Below are positions 18,643 to 30,600 of a DNA stretch of 64,000 nt, piece by piece. The position numbers and the translations under genes were made by a program. This DNA is from a virus. Taxonomy: Duplodnaviria; Caudoviricetes. Numbering within the stretch: the first letter of the stretch is position 1; the number at the start of each line of letters is the position of its first letter. Below the pieces are notes generated by a model. It did no database searches. It worked only from the letters and a program-made list of their open reading frames with translations, and was not told where the DNA came from. The stretch covers positions 15,566-79,565 of IMG/VR virus record IMGVR_UViG_2879636102_000002. The stretch is one strand, 5' to 3'.

Positions 18643-18655
18643 GGGAAGTGACAAG
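18643..18655 (-). promoter_or_regulatory. Late-gene motif CTTGTCACTTCCC abutting portal ATG
   Basis: Exact core copy; no Shine-Dalgarno between motif and ATG. Confidence 0.75.
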
Positions 18656-18768
18656 AAATATAGTTCTCAATCATTGCAATCGTTTTTTAAGGTTGAAAGT
18701 GGGGTTTTAAGGGGTTTTTAAATTCGTTTGAAAACGATTTGAAAACAAACTCTGAAAAGGTTGCTTTC

Positions 18769-19338
18769 TTATATTTCATCATCCAATACCCAGGAGACAA
18801 TATTTTCAACTAAGGAAGACTTATCGATTCCCGGTAACATTCCTTCTTTGTTAAAGGACAAAATCAAATCCTCCATAAGAACCAAACAATTAACAATTTC
18901 CGAAGTATTTTCTTTTATTTCCCTGGCCAATTCAGCGCGAAAGTTTGCTTTATTAATGTTTTCAGGGTAACCCAAACACAAGTCATGCGCAATAAAGTTT
19001 CTCGCTTCTCTTGCTTTATCAAAACGGCCAAAAAATCCAATAAATTTATCATTTTCTGTATTTATTTTTGATAATATTTTAATACATCTATCTAAATTAA
19101 TTTTATCCGCAATTTTCATTATTTGGCTATATAATTCATCTGAATTTAAATTTATATTATTAAATTCTTTAAATTTTTCTTTGAAATACTGAGGATACTT
19201 TATCACCAATGCTAATAAGAAATTCTTGCAAATTTTATCAAAGTAAGTAGCCACACAAAGCGCTTTCCCTATGATACTGAAATTTATAATGCTATATTCA
19301 GTAAGTTCTGGAGTGTAATAATTAATTCTTTTTTCCAT
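18769..19338 (-). CDS. HEPN-like domain protein (putative RNase/Abi)
   Basis: Helical AT-rich ORF with R-x4-H motif AREARNFIAHD; own RBS (AAGGGAG). Confidence 0.55.
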   Translation of the reverse strand: MEKRINYYTPELTEYSIINFSIIGKALCVATYFDKICKNFLLALVIKYPQYFKEKFKEFNNINLNSDELYSQIMKIADKINLDRCIKILSKINTENDKFIGFFGRFDKAREARNFIAHDLCLGYPENINKANFRAELAREIKENTSEIVNCLVLMEDLILSFNKEGMLPGIDKSSLVENIVSWVLDDEI

Positions 19339-19460
19339 AGACTCTCCCTTTAAGTGTTTGAATGGTCATCACTCATGAAGAGGTAGACTCTACTTCGAAT
19401 ACTTTTACTTTTGAAGCATTATTTCTATTTGAGATACTATGAATTATGAAACAATATGCT

Positions 19461-19488
19461 TCTTCCTATAATGTATATTATGTCACAT
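19461..19488 (+). other. dif-like XerC/XerD recombination site
   Basis: TCTTCCTATAA-TGTATA-TTATGTCACAT, in the 11-6-11 layout of E. coli and B. subtilis dif. Confidence 0.75.
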
Positions 19489-20088
19489 TACAGATGCTAG
19501 ATGGTGTATAGAAAGGCACATCGGTAACACTTTAGATCACTCACATGGGTTACACATTTGCTAGTCAATTCTATACAACAACCTCTGGTATTTCAACACT
19601 TTACTCGTATACAAATCTAAAATTCCAAGGATTGCGTTCGCAAAATAAAGACGACAATGCCTGCCAGAGACCTCTTCAAAGCCAACCAACTCTCCAATAG
19701 CAGGAGTCCCAATAAAGCTTAATTATGATAGTAAAGGTTCTAGTAAAAATACTGAAATTGCTATTAAAATAAGGATTCGGAATCGCAAGGGCACTTATTA
19801 ATGTTGCATAAAAGCAGCTAGCCCAATATAATATTCTTTCGAAGAAATTAATAACATTTTGAAGATGTCAAATTTCTTAATTATAAAGGTGAAAAGAAAA
19901 GTTCCGTTTAAAAATCCTGGATGAGTGGAATTATCAAATTCTAAATTGTTGATGCAGCCGATTTTTTAACAGTATTGTTTTTCCTTAAATTATTTATTAA
20001 AACTTGCATCTTACTCGACACAACAATATCAGTTCAATTGTTGCAAACTTAGACCTGTATCGAAACCATATCAATTCATTATTAATAC

Positions 20089-20697
20089 TTACTTCTTAAG
20101 CTTTAAATAAAGGAATACCACTACTCCTATAGAAATAAGTAACAAATTCATAAAAACAATATTCCCAATGATGAGAAACATTATTTTTTCATTAATTGAT
20201 TCTATTTTACTTGAAAGTGATAATTCAGATTCTTGAATTTTGAAATTCAATTGAATCAACTCATTCTTAAATAAAGGTTCATCATTTGATGGATTTTCTT
20301 TTTTTGTTGGCAGAGCAACTGGTATTTTCGTTTTCTTTACTTCTAGAATCTCTACTTCATCTACTAAATCTTTATTCTTAAGTTCATAATAACGTTGTTG
20401 AACTAGTGGGTCTGCGCTCCAAAACTCATAAGCTTTGGAATAATACTTATAAGCTGTGCTAAACTTTCTTTGAATATAATTCTGATTTCCAAGTTCGATC
20501 CAAATTTTCGATTGCAATAAATCATATTCAGGATTTGAAAACTGCACTTCAGAACGTCTTAAAATTTCCGTTTCTGCTTCTTGAAATTTTTTTTCTTTAT
20601 ACAAGTTTTTCGCTAACTGAAGAGGGTCTTCTACTTTTTGCGAAAAAAGAGAAAATTGGATCACGAAAGCAGATAGGATTAAATATACTACTTTCAT
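20089..20697 (-). CDS. Exported TPR protein with C-terminal transmembrane helix
   Basis: Signal peptide, TPR-like helices (ELGNQNY..AYKYYSKAYE) and a C-terminal hydrophobic segment. Confidence 0.7.
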   Translation of the reverse strand: MKVVYLILSAFVIQFSLFSQKVEDPLQLAKNLYKEKKFQEAETEILRRSEVQFSNPEYDLLQSKIWIELGNQNYIQRKFSTAYKYYSKAYEFWSADPLVQQRYYELKNKDLVDEVEILEVKKTKIPVALPTKKENPSNDEPLFKNELIQLNFKIQESELSLSSKIESINEKIMFLIIGNIVFMNLLLISIGVVVFLYLKLKK

Positions 20698-22097
20698 CTG
20701 CTTAAGATAACTGCCTTATGAGAAAATCTCGGTCTTGGCATTTTTATGGATTCCAATCGCCATGGACCTCCTATAGGATTTGCCAAATCAATAGAGTATA
20801 TATTATCTGTCGGAATGTTTATACTGGTGGAACCGCCCATAACATAAGCCCTTCTGTTTTGATAAGATATTTCGATACTTGGATAATAGACTGAAACTGG
20901 TAGCACAGGGCCTGCTTGAAAGATATTTGAACTTATACCCGTTCTATAGTAATCGTAAGAAGAGGATGGTGTTATCGCAGTTACTGGTTGATTGAAATTG
21001 GAAGCTGTACTTCCCCCCACTACTAGAAAACCTTGAGAATCATTCGGATAAGGATCTGTATTCTTTGGATTATAGCAAACAGTTGCGACGCCATGTCTTG
21101 CTTGGTTTATTGAAGCTTCGACTAATGTTGTAGTAGAATTGGCTGATGGCAAATATACATCTGTGGTAGCATATGAATTTCCATCAGAGTATAAACGTCC
21201 TCCGCTGTAAAAAAGAGATCCGTTCATGATACATCCACCCATATCGAGCCTCGGAAAAATTGCATTATTTGATGTGTATTGAATCCATTGTCCGGCACTT
21301 CCTAAACTTGGATTAAAGCGAAAGACTGTATTTAAGATAGTCCCGGTAGTCATATCCATAGTTGTAGAACCAGAGATTAGATAAACTTCTTCACCATTGG
21401 AAACGCCGATTCCCCCTTGCAAATCGATCGGCATATCAGCCATTCTTTTCCATTCATTTCTGGCTGTGTCTAATCGCTCGACTATTCTAGATTGTAGCCA
21501 AGATGAACCGACTTTCGTAGCTCCGCCAATGACAAAGATATACCCTTTATGATATACTATCTGTGCAAAGGCTCTTGGCGTAGGTATCTGAGAAACATTT
21601 TCAAACCATCGATTTTCAACTGGATCAAATACATCGATCATTCCTATAGGTTCAAAATTGGATCCAATCCCGCCCAGAATCCAAATCGATCTAAGTCCAT
21701 TAATTCTATCAAGAAAGTCATTTGATGTTGTCACAAAGGATTGATTACCACTAGTAACTGCACCTAATTCTTTACAATACACCTGATAATAATATCTAGT
21801 ATTGGGTTTTAAACTATCGACGATGAAAAGGTGCTCTTTCCCTTCTCTAATACTAGCTCTTACATTATCTGCACCAAGCAAAGCCCCTATTCCATTCAGC
21901 GGAAGTTCTGAAAAAGCCATTAGCCCATTAGTTTTTTCAGAACACAGGACAAAGATATTTGCACTAGTTTCACCTACATTCGAAACTCCAAATCCTTCGA
22001 GCTTTAGTTTTTCTATTGCTCCAGTATCAGAAAGGGGCGAGTTGTAACAGTTAAACAAAAAAAGAAAAGAAAGATTGATGACTAATATAAATTTCAA
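20694..22097 (-). CDS. Lipoprotein with FN3-like and Kelch-repeat domains
   Basis: Lipobox FLFNC; LKPNTRYYYQV (FN3); repeated GG Kelch motifs (IFVIGG, AYVMGG, PRPRFSH). TTG 22097 overlaps the upstream stop. Confidence 0.8.
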   Translation of the reverse strand: MKFILVINLSFLFLFNCYNSPLSDTGAIEKLKLEGFGVSNVGETSANIFVLCSEKTNGLMAFSELPLNGIGALLGADNVRASIREGKEHLFIVDSLKPNTRYYYQVYCKELGAVTSGNQSFVTTSNDFLDRINGLRSIWILGGIGSNFEPIGMIDVFDPVENRWFENVSQIPTPRAFAQIVYHKGYIFVIGGATKVGSSWLQSRIVERLDTARNEWKRMADMPIDLQGGIGVSNGEEVYLISGSTTMDMTTGTILNTVFRFNPSLGSAGQWIQYTSNNAIFPRLDMGGCIMNGSLFYSGGRLYSDGNSYATTDVYLPSANSTTTLVEASINQARHGVATVCYNPKNTDPYPNDSQGFLVVGGSTASNFNQPVTAITPSSSYDYYRTGISSNIFQAGPVLPVSVYYPSIEISYQNRRAYVMGGSTSINIPTDNIYSIDLANPIGGPWRLESIKMPRPRFSHKAVILSR

Positions 22098-23062
22098 AAC
22101 TTCAACATTCCTTGAATCGTAGGGCCAGAAAAACAAACAGTTGAGGAAGTTTCAAAAGCACAAAAAGTATTTATACCCAGCCGCAATTGAAAATCATTTA
22201 GTTTATATCCCTGCCAACCTAGCTCTAACATGGCAAGTGGATTTAAACCTGATCGATTCCTATCTTCTGCAATCGTATTTACATAATTTCCACCAAACCC
22301 AACCTTTCCATAAAAATCCAAAAGAGGATTTTGTTGAAATTGATAATGAGAGTAATAATAAACGATTCCATTGATCATATTGACTTTGTATTCAGAACTT
22401 ACTCCCCAAATACCATCTAATTGCAAGCCTATCCTTCCAAAGCCTTTCCAATCTAGATAAGCTGGCTCAATGTTTAAATTCAATTGATTTAGAGTAATAT
22501 CTAAATTTGAAGATCTGTAAATTCCATAACCTAACCCGACAAAGGTGTTAAGTGATTCTAACGACGAGACTAGATATTTTTTGGGAGGTGGAAAATTCTT
22601 TTCTCTATTTAATTCCGATTTTTCAATTTTAGATTTTTCTACGTTAACGAAACCAATTTGAGTTTGCAAAATTATGTGATCTTGGTCTTCTTCAATCAGA
22701 TAGCCAATTAATTGGCTTTTATCATACAATACAATTCTCGATAAACTTATACTAAAATCACTACCAGACTTATCTTTTTCATTTTTAGTAAGCTCAGATT
22801 TCGGAATCCGATAATCCTTACCCTGAAATTGAAATAGAATAGATCTCTCATCTTCAGATATTATTTTTCCTAAAAACTTTTGACCAGAAGCAAACTCAAT
22901 TTCCGCACCATAAAGTATCGTAGCAAAGAAAAACGATAGAAAAAGGCAAAGCCATCGAATTAAAGATCCAGTTTTATTTGAGAATCTAAGCTTGTAGGTT
23001 GAAAGAAATGATGAAAAAAAAATAGTAGTTTTCAATTTTATAAAATAGTCTCGTAATTTCAA
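22094..23062 (-). CDS. Putative outer-membrane protein: two Leptospira-type small beta domains plus C-terminal beta-barrel
   Basis: Signal peptide; duplicated G(K/Y)(I/L)I.ED...I..Q unit; alternating beta strands ending in terminal Phe (QGMLKF). Confidence 0.6.
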   Translation of the reverse strand: MKLRDYFIKLKTTIFFSSFLSTYKLRFSNKTGSLIRWLCLFLSFFFATILYGAEIEFASGQKFLGKIISEDERSILFQFQGKDYRIPKSELTKNEKDKSGSDFSISLSRIVLYDKSQLIGYLIEEDQDHIILQTQIGFVNVEKSKIEKSELNREKNFPPPKKYLVSSLESLNTFVGLGYGIYRSSNLDITLNQLNLNIEPAYLDWKGFGRIGLQLDGIWGVSSEYKVNMINGIVYYYSHYQFQQNPLLDFYGKVGFGGNYVNTIAEDRNRSGLNPLAMLELGWQGYKLNDFQLRLGINTFCAFETSSTVCFSGPTIQGMLKF

Positions 23063-24045
23063 TTAATGATAATCTTTAAATGCATAATAGCCAGCTGTTC
23101 TTTTATTTTCTCTTTTAGGTAATAATCATTAAACTTACCATCTTTAAGTTTTTTTTCCAATTTAATTAATTGGTTCCAAAATGTGATTCCACAGGAATTA
23201 TCGCCAGGTTTCAATTGATTGCAGTTGTAATTGTCTTCGCAAATTGAATCAAAATCAGATTCAACAGGACATTTACTAAAAAGATTTGGATCAGGATTGG
23301 TTCTACAAAAACAACCATGTGCGAAGTTCTTTTCTTTCGTATTTAATCTTTCTCTTAATTCCGCCAAATCTGAGATAATTTTATTATCTTTCTTCTCTAT
23401 TTGAATCGCTATCTTTAACCTATGCTTGATTGCCTCATTCATAGCACATTCATATAAATCAAACGAACATTCCCTAAATACATTACGAAACTTCTTTTCA
23501 GAAGAGACAGTTGGCCTATTTTTTTCAATGGCATAAAGTTTTTCTTGTTCTTCTACTTCCAGGATATGATTTAATACCTCTTCGAAAATTAAATCTTCAT
23601 GACTCGTACCAAAGAAATAATTTGGAATCAGAAAAATATACCATGGTGATATATTCCGACTGAGAACAATTGTTCCTTTTGAAATAAATTTATTTTTAAC
23701 AACTTTAATTTGATAACCGCTGGATTCTAAAAGTGGTACGAGAAAAAGACTGAAAATAAACGATCCATAATTCAAACTTTCATCATCAGTAGATCGCTCG
23801 ATCGTAATATCAATTCTATCTACCATATTATTTTCGCATAGGGCAATGGCCTTATTGACCCCTTTCTTTACATCATCGCTTGCCCCGCCATTTACACTCG
23901 CGACATACTGCACATTGAATTTCCCACCCCAACAAAGACTTTTATTTAGTTGGCTTACTTTATACGAATGGTCAGAGCGAATCGTCATCAATTCGCAATT
24001 GAAAAAGAAGAAAAAGAATAAACTGATAACAAAACTAATCTTCAT
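23059..24045 (-). CDS. Lipoprotein with Cys-rich C-terminal domain
   Basis: Start MKISFVISLFFFFFFNC (spirochaetal lipobox); C-terminal HGCFC...CPV..DFDSIC...C. Confidence 0.65.
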   Translation of the reverse strand: MKISFVISLFFFFFFNCELMTIRSDHSYKVSQLNKSLCWGGKFNVQYVASVNGGASDDVKKGVNKAIALCENNMVDRIDITIERSTDDESLNYGSFIFSLFLVPLLESSGYQIKVVKNKFISKGTIVLSRNISPWYIFLIPNYFFGTSHEDLIFEEVLNHILEVEEQEKLYAIEKNRPTVSSEKKFRNVFRECSFDLYECAMNEAIKHRLKIAIQIEKKDNKIISDLAELRERLNTKEKNFAHGCFCRTNPDPNLFSKCPVESDFDSICEDNYNCNQLKPGDNSCGITFWNQLIKLEKKLKDGKFNDYYLKEKIKEQLAIMHLKIIIN

Positions 24046-24595
24046 AAATTTTTTCTCTATTTTCAAATCGTAAAATTGCATTTTTCATATGTTCATAGTA
24101 GATTGCTTTAGCGTTTTCGGAATTTGTTTGAAAATTCCATCTGAATAAACTATATAAGGGACTTCCAACTTTAAAAACTTTTCGATGCACAACGAGCGAC
24201 CTAAACTTATACAAGTTATCAAATTTAATGTCTAATTCAGTATCAACAGTCATTGGTAGAATAAAAAATGATCCTGTAACAAATGGCAGCGATGTAAATA
24301 CACGTGCCATTTGAGAATTTTGGTTTGATTTATCTTCAAGTGTTATGGTAACAATTATCGTTTTTTTGCTTTTTTTATTTGTACATTCATCTATTGCATC
24401 AAATAGTCCATCATAAGAAATACTAAACTTAGATTCTCTCCTAATTCTAAAATCAGAATTATCGGAGAAGACATAGTTGAAATCTCCGCATTTTTCCTGT
24501 TTTAATATTTTTTTCGTCTCCAGCCGGTTTGGCAGCATAACTATCCCTGCGCAGTTAATTATTATTATTGTTATTAGCAAAGGTAAATATTTCAT
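24035..24595 (-). CDS. Lipoprotein immediately downstream of Rhs (candidate immunity protein)
   Basis: MKYLPLLITIIIINC lipobox; starts 5 nt after the Rhs stop. Confidence 0.65.
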   Translation of the reverse strand: MKYLPLLITIIIINCAGIVMLPNRLETKKILKQEKCGDFNYVFSDNSDFRIRRESKFSISYDGLFDAIDECTNKKSKKTIIVTITLEDKSNQNSQMARVFTSLPFVTGSFFILPMTVDTELDIKFDNLYKFRSLVVHRKVFKVGSPLYSLFRWNFQTNSENAKAIYYEHMKNAILRFENREKIYED

Positions 24596-24600
24596 AATGA

Positions 24601-27600
24601 CTAACGATCGGTAACCCCAAAATTTATATCCCTATTATCCTCTCCATCATTTTGTGAAATCTCTTCCGATGCTCCATAATCACCGGAAAGTGCTATTGAT
24701 GAAAAATTCATTGCGATACCAATACTTGATAATACTATTATTGGAATAGATACATCAAATACAACTATCATAACCACTAGAGTCACTATCTGTATTATCA
24801 AAGAGAGAATTGCTTCAGAAGAAAAAGCTTGTTTCAACCCATTAAAAAATGCTTTACTATCAGCGTAAGGCCTATCTAGTTTATCGACTTTGTTACCAGT
24901 GCGATAGCCAGCAGCCACAAACCTTAACACATCAGGTTTATCTTTCCAAAGCATATATCCCATAAAAGCCATTTTCCAAGATTTTCCAATATGTATTCGC
25001 TCTTCTTTTTTACCTTGGATGTCATTGTACGACCCGCCAGCTTTCTTTCCCATAGTAAATCCCATAAATAGATTTCGAACTTTGTCGAGATCATTTTCTG
25101 CTGGCAGCAAGTAATAAGCAGCCAGCGCATATTGTAAAGCCTTTGAAATATGCGGCTTACCCAAATGAGATGCATTTTGACCGAAAGTTTTTTCTATATA
25201 AGATTGTCTTCCTCTCTCGTTCCCTCTATAGGTCCGAAAAGCTGCCGATGTTAGAAGTAACCGATCACTTTCATTCATACCTTCACTAAGCATATATACG
25301 ACAACTGCCGAAAAGTAGGGGGATTGTCTTCCATAACCAGTCGGATCATTGTATTTAATTGGGTTTCCATTTGTATACATATAACGGTTCAATCCGTTGA
25401 CTTGTTTTGAGAATAGCTTTTTGTCTCCCGTTAAAAATCGGCCAATAAAAGGATCATAATATCTTGCCTTCATATAGTATAATCCAGATTCTTTGTCTTC
25501 CGTTTGACCAGCATATTTAATTTTACTAATATCAGGTCCGCCGCTATCAGTTCTGTGAATCAATCCATAAGGTTTGTAAGCAATCCTGGATCTCCCCGTC
25601 CAATCACCACCAGACAAAGGATTCCCTTTCGAATCCGATAAAAAACTAACGGAACCTAAATGGTCAGCATGTTGGAAAGAAATACCCGAAAATGAATTTG
25701 ATGAAATAGGAGGCACTATTGTGCCTGTCCCTGGAAAGTAATCGTTTCCTTCATCATTAACAGAAGGGGCGGAGTCAGAGACATGCGTTGGGAACAATGT
25801 TAGAGGTTTCTCATCCCCATTGCCTCCGATGCCAAGAAACGAACAATTCTCAACGCCAATCATAAAAGAAAACAACAATATTACATTTGCATACCGCATA
25901 ACAGGCATAATATAAATCGAAAAATAAGGTCTTTTTTGTTTATGAACGAAAATGAATAAAAATCCAAGAAAAGCGAATTGAAGAGAATACGATCCGAATT
26001 TGATATTTTCTCTAGTTAAGTGTTTTCTTAGCGGCTTAAATATCAAAGAATCAAATTTATTTTTTCGATATACTTCGCAGTCCATCTTAGTTTTAGAACA
26101 ATCAAATACAGAGAAATTCAAACTTAGGATTTTGTCCCAAGGGGTTAGAGAACTAAAATTTTCATCCCTCAAAAATTGTACATCAGGAACTGCTATTTGA
26201 GCCAGAGGCTCCCCTTTTAATCCTTTAAGATATAAAGTTGCAGATTCTGGAATGCCCTCCTCCCTTGTAATTTCAAACGCATCCCCAAATAAAGTATAAT
26301 TAATCTGTTTTCCATTGCCCACATCTTTTTTGATTCGATTACCAGAATGATCGTAGTAATAGCGAATGGAAGTGCCGCCCGCAGTATTGATACTTGTTAA
26401 CAAATTGTTAGAATCATAAGAATGAACATCTCCATTCCGATTAACCATATTTCCATTTGAATCATAGGAGTAATGAAAAGTTCCTATTTGAGGAGATCTG
26501 GCTTCAGTGACTAAATGAGGTTTATTTAAATTTTCATATTTAAAAGTAACTTCTCCTCTTTTTAGTAAATTACCATCCGCTGAATATTCATATAGTTCCT
26601 CACCATATTTTCCAACTGACTTAACAAGGCGGTTCAGTGAATCGTACTCAAAATTTTGAGTCCTGTCTTCTCGGTTTTTATCCTGTATCTTGCTTATATT
26701 TCCAGCTGGATCATACTCATATTTCAAGTTTTGTTCCAGAAATCCATCCGCCAGTTTGGTTCGAAGCCCAGTTAACCTCTTAAATTTTTTATCAATTTCA
26801 ATAGTTGATTCAACACCGTTCCCAGTAATTTTCTTTATAACAAAGCGATCCTCTTCTAAAAAAGGTCCTTCATATTTCACCAGTAGCTGGTCCACTGAAT
26901 TACCATCAGCCGAATCTAAAGTCATTTTATTCAAATGCCCTCCAGATCCGTAAGAATAATGAACGACTGTTCCTTCTGGATACCGAATAAGTGTTGGGTT
27001 ATTATTAGTATCATACTCCGACTCGACAAACAAATTCACATCATCCATCATTTTCTTTTGTCGGATTACATTACCTCGCAAGTCATAGTCCATCAATGTT
27101 GTAAGGTTTCCATCATTCACTTGGGTCAATCTTCCTACTGGATAGGACTGTGATGTTGCACCACCAACATCATAAACATATGAAATTGTTTTCCCACCGG
27201 TCATTTGAGATATGATTCTTGATAAACCGTCATAGTTAAAATCAGTTACCGTTCCATCCGACTTAATCGTTCTCGATAGGCGTCCGAGCATGTCATATTT
27301 CATCTCGATGTTACCGGAAGATTTGTCAGTTTGACTAACTTTCCTTCCCCTGGAATCATACTCATAACTTATTTGATTGCCCGACGGATCAGTAATTTTT
27401 GCAATATTCCCCCGAGCACTATAGCTCATCGTATGAGTAGAACCATTCATCGTTCTTCGGATTTCTTGACCCAATATATTCTTTTCAATCTCTATCGTGT
27501 GAACTAGCTCGCCTGTAGCCGAAAATATACTCGAAGTAGTAACCAATTGGTTTGGAGAGTATGAAATAGAGATTCTTTCTCCTTTCGAATTTATAATCCC

Positions 27601-30600
27601 TATAACTCTATCATAGCCATCATAATTATACTCTTCCCAATCATCTTCCATCAAACCCGAAATAATAGGATTATATTTACGGTAAAGTCGTCCAAAAGAA
27701 TCATATACCATTCGTTCGGTTAGATTGGCTGATTCATTTAACTGAGTTATCCTACTTTGAAGTTTCCCTTCATGATTCATTATTTCCGTGATGACCGAAT
27801 ACCCACCTTCCGAGTTACGCGACTGCTTGACGACCTCTAGCTTCAGTTCCTCTTTCTTATATGTAAAACTTTGTTTAAGGTTAGGTGCAGAGTCACCGGG
27901 AAGTGTTTCGCTCTTTTCATTCAAAAAAGGATCGTACGATCTCTTTAAGCTCGCTCCGTTTGGCGAAATTTCTTCAATTAATGAATCTGTAAGTAAGTCA
28001 TATCTTTTCTCTGTTCTATGACCTAAACTATTCATTTGCGATACAACATTGATTCCAGAATCTGAATCATATTCAGTTATCACTTCACCGATACCTGGAA
28101 CATTTTTGACCGTATTTCTGCCGAGCATGTCATAACTCATTGTCACTTTCGATTGGTCTGGACTTCCAGAAAATGACACAACTTCAGCAACCAAACTGTT
28201 ATTGGTATAATTAAACTCTTCATCTGAAACTAATTCAGATTGCAAATAACTTTTTATTCTTTTAGGTCTTCCAATAAAATAGTTATCAAAAGAAGTATTA
28301 TTATCAAAATTTGATTCTTCTTCTTTTACCAATATGTTATTGGCGAATTTTTTTTGAGACAAAGCATTGCCATATATGTCATACCCTGCTTCGTATTCTT
28401 CTTTTTTATAAAGATAAGAGTCTATGTAGGATTCTGAAACCTGCGAATTTCTTAATACTAATTCAACACCAAAAGGATTTTTGATTTGATAATTATAAGT
28501 TAAGCTTTTTGCAAGGGTCCCATCCGAATAATAACTCTTTATCGATTTTTCGAGACCGGCAAATTGGGGTCCTGCTTGGTTATATATTATTTCTTTTCTT
28601 AGATTATGTAATAGATTAGTTTCAATTACTTTTTCAAACCCATAATATGCCCGGGAAAATAAATCACCAAGGTGAATTCTAAAATTTTGATAATCATATC
28701 TATCTGTTATGACTTTATCTGCACTTTTCGATTCTATCTCATAAACCTGTTGTTTTGATATTGGAACTGAAAGCTTTGGGTAGGAGCCATTATTAAACTG
28801 GATAGCATTTTGAAATTCTTCTGTCTTTTTATATCGAATTTCAGTTTCAAACCACATCCCATCTGATAGTTTTACAAGCTTATCATGTGAATTATTCAGA
28901 ACTACCGGAGTAACACTTAAATTTCCTCCTTCTGGAGTATCGTAAAGAGCTAATAAGCTAAGGAGACTTAGAAGTAAGCCTGGTGACATTGTTGTTTTGG
29001 GAGCTTTAAATAAGGAAACAAAAGCATCAAACCCCCTTGCATGCATCGCAAAATAATTCTGACTTCTGCGCGTACCATCAACATAGTCCTGAATTGCAGG
29101 GTAATAACTTAAGTAAGGTACATTTAGTAAAAATGCGTTTTTATCAGCCTTTAGATGAATTAGTTCTACTCTTCCATCCTTGTTTAAGTCCATTGCCCCA
29201 TAAAACGAATCAGCTTCTGCCAATGTACCTCCACTGACAAAGCCTTGTCCGTTCCCATAATTGACAGCTACTCTCGATCCATCAAAAGCTAGTAAGTCGA
29301 CCTTCCCGTCTCCATTCACATCAGCAAATGTTTTAGTTTTAAGAATTTCATCTCCAAAAACTTCTCCCTGGTAAACCATTCCGGAAAGATAACCTTGATT
29401 AACTCCTTCCGCAAAACTTTTCCCTAAATTTAAATAAGTATAAAATAATCCATTGGGTAGTAATACGCAGAAATCAGGTCTACCGTCACTATTGATATCT
29501 GCAAGCCATCTGTTGTATCCTTCCTCTTTAATATTCCCATTGCCCGTGTAGATTCCACCCATTCGATACTCAATGGAATTACCGGAGCTTAAGAATATTT
29601 TTCTTATAACTACCTCGCCGTTTAAAATATGTACAAACTCAGGCTTTCCATCAGAATCAAAATCAATAAACTGCCCCATTTTTTCATTTATAAAGATTGG
29701 GCCAATGTCTATATGATTTTCGCCAGAAAAAGAAGTACCTTGTGAGTAACTGATTGAAATCGTTGTATCATTAATCTTTTTTATATAATCTGAACGTCCG
29801 TCTCCGTCCATATCAACAAGACCCCCCTTCCAGGTTAAATCAGGAGGACTAAATAGAAAATCAACGGGCGGGGTAACTAAACTTAAATTTGATATCAGAT
29901 ATGGTTCAGTATAATAGCCATTCCGCGCGAAGGTAACTAATACATTTTGACCATTCGAATATGCTAAGTCTACGTTTCCATCTCCATCAACATCCCCCCA
30001 AGACATTGTAGAAAAACTATTATAACCTATACCATGCAAATTCGGAGATACCGTGGATTCATCCATACTTGTTGTTGGATTTTTAATTGTGACAATTCTG
30101 AACGAACCTTCATCTTCATTACCTACAAGTCGAACTCCTTCCAAGCTTCCATCACCATCCGTATCACCGAAAGTTAGAAGATTATTTGGACTTCTGGTTC
30201 CTGTCATACAAGGAAGCCACCACGTATTCTGAAATTGACTGCAAAGCAAACCATACCTTGCTTTTTCGGTCTGGCAGACCAATAGACTCGCTGGGTTTGG
30301 CATATTACATACCATAGTGTTGAATGCCAAACAGTTTAGTGTACCTAGGTTGCATTCAAATTTATCTTGCAATGGCACTCGTGAAACCGCAAAAAGATTT
30401 GGAATTCGTTTCTCAACTTTTGATCCATATACAGATTGTGTTCTCTGGCTATAGGTTAATTGAATATCAAAGTATTTGCCATCTCCAAAGTTATTTGATT
30501 CTTCGCGAGAAATCGCAATTAATTGTGCTTCTCCTAATAGATTTGTAGAATAATCAAATTTATATAAACGGACAGTTACTCCAGCTACTTTTACTCTAAT

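Noticed and set aside
19490-20088. Pseudogene or small genes in the AT-rich gap
   Set aside because: Only short open frames without a convincing start or motif.
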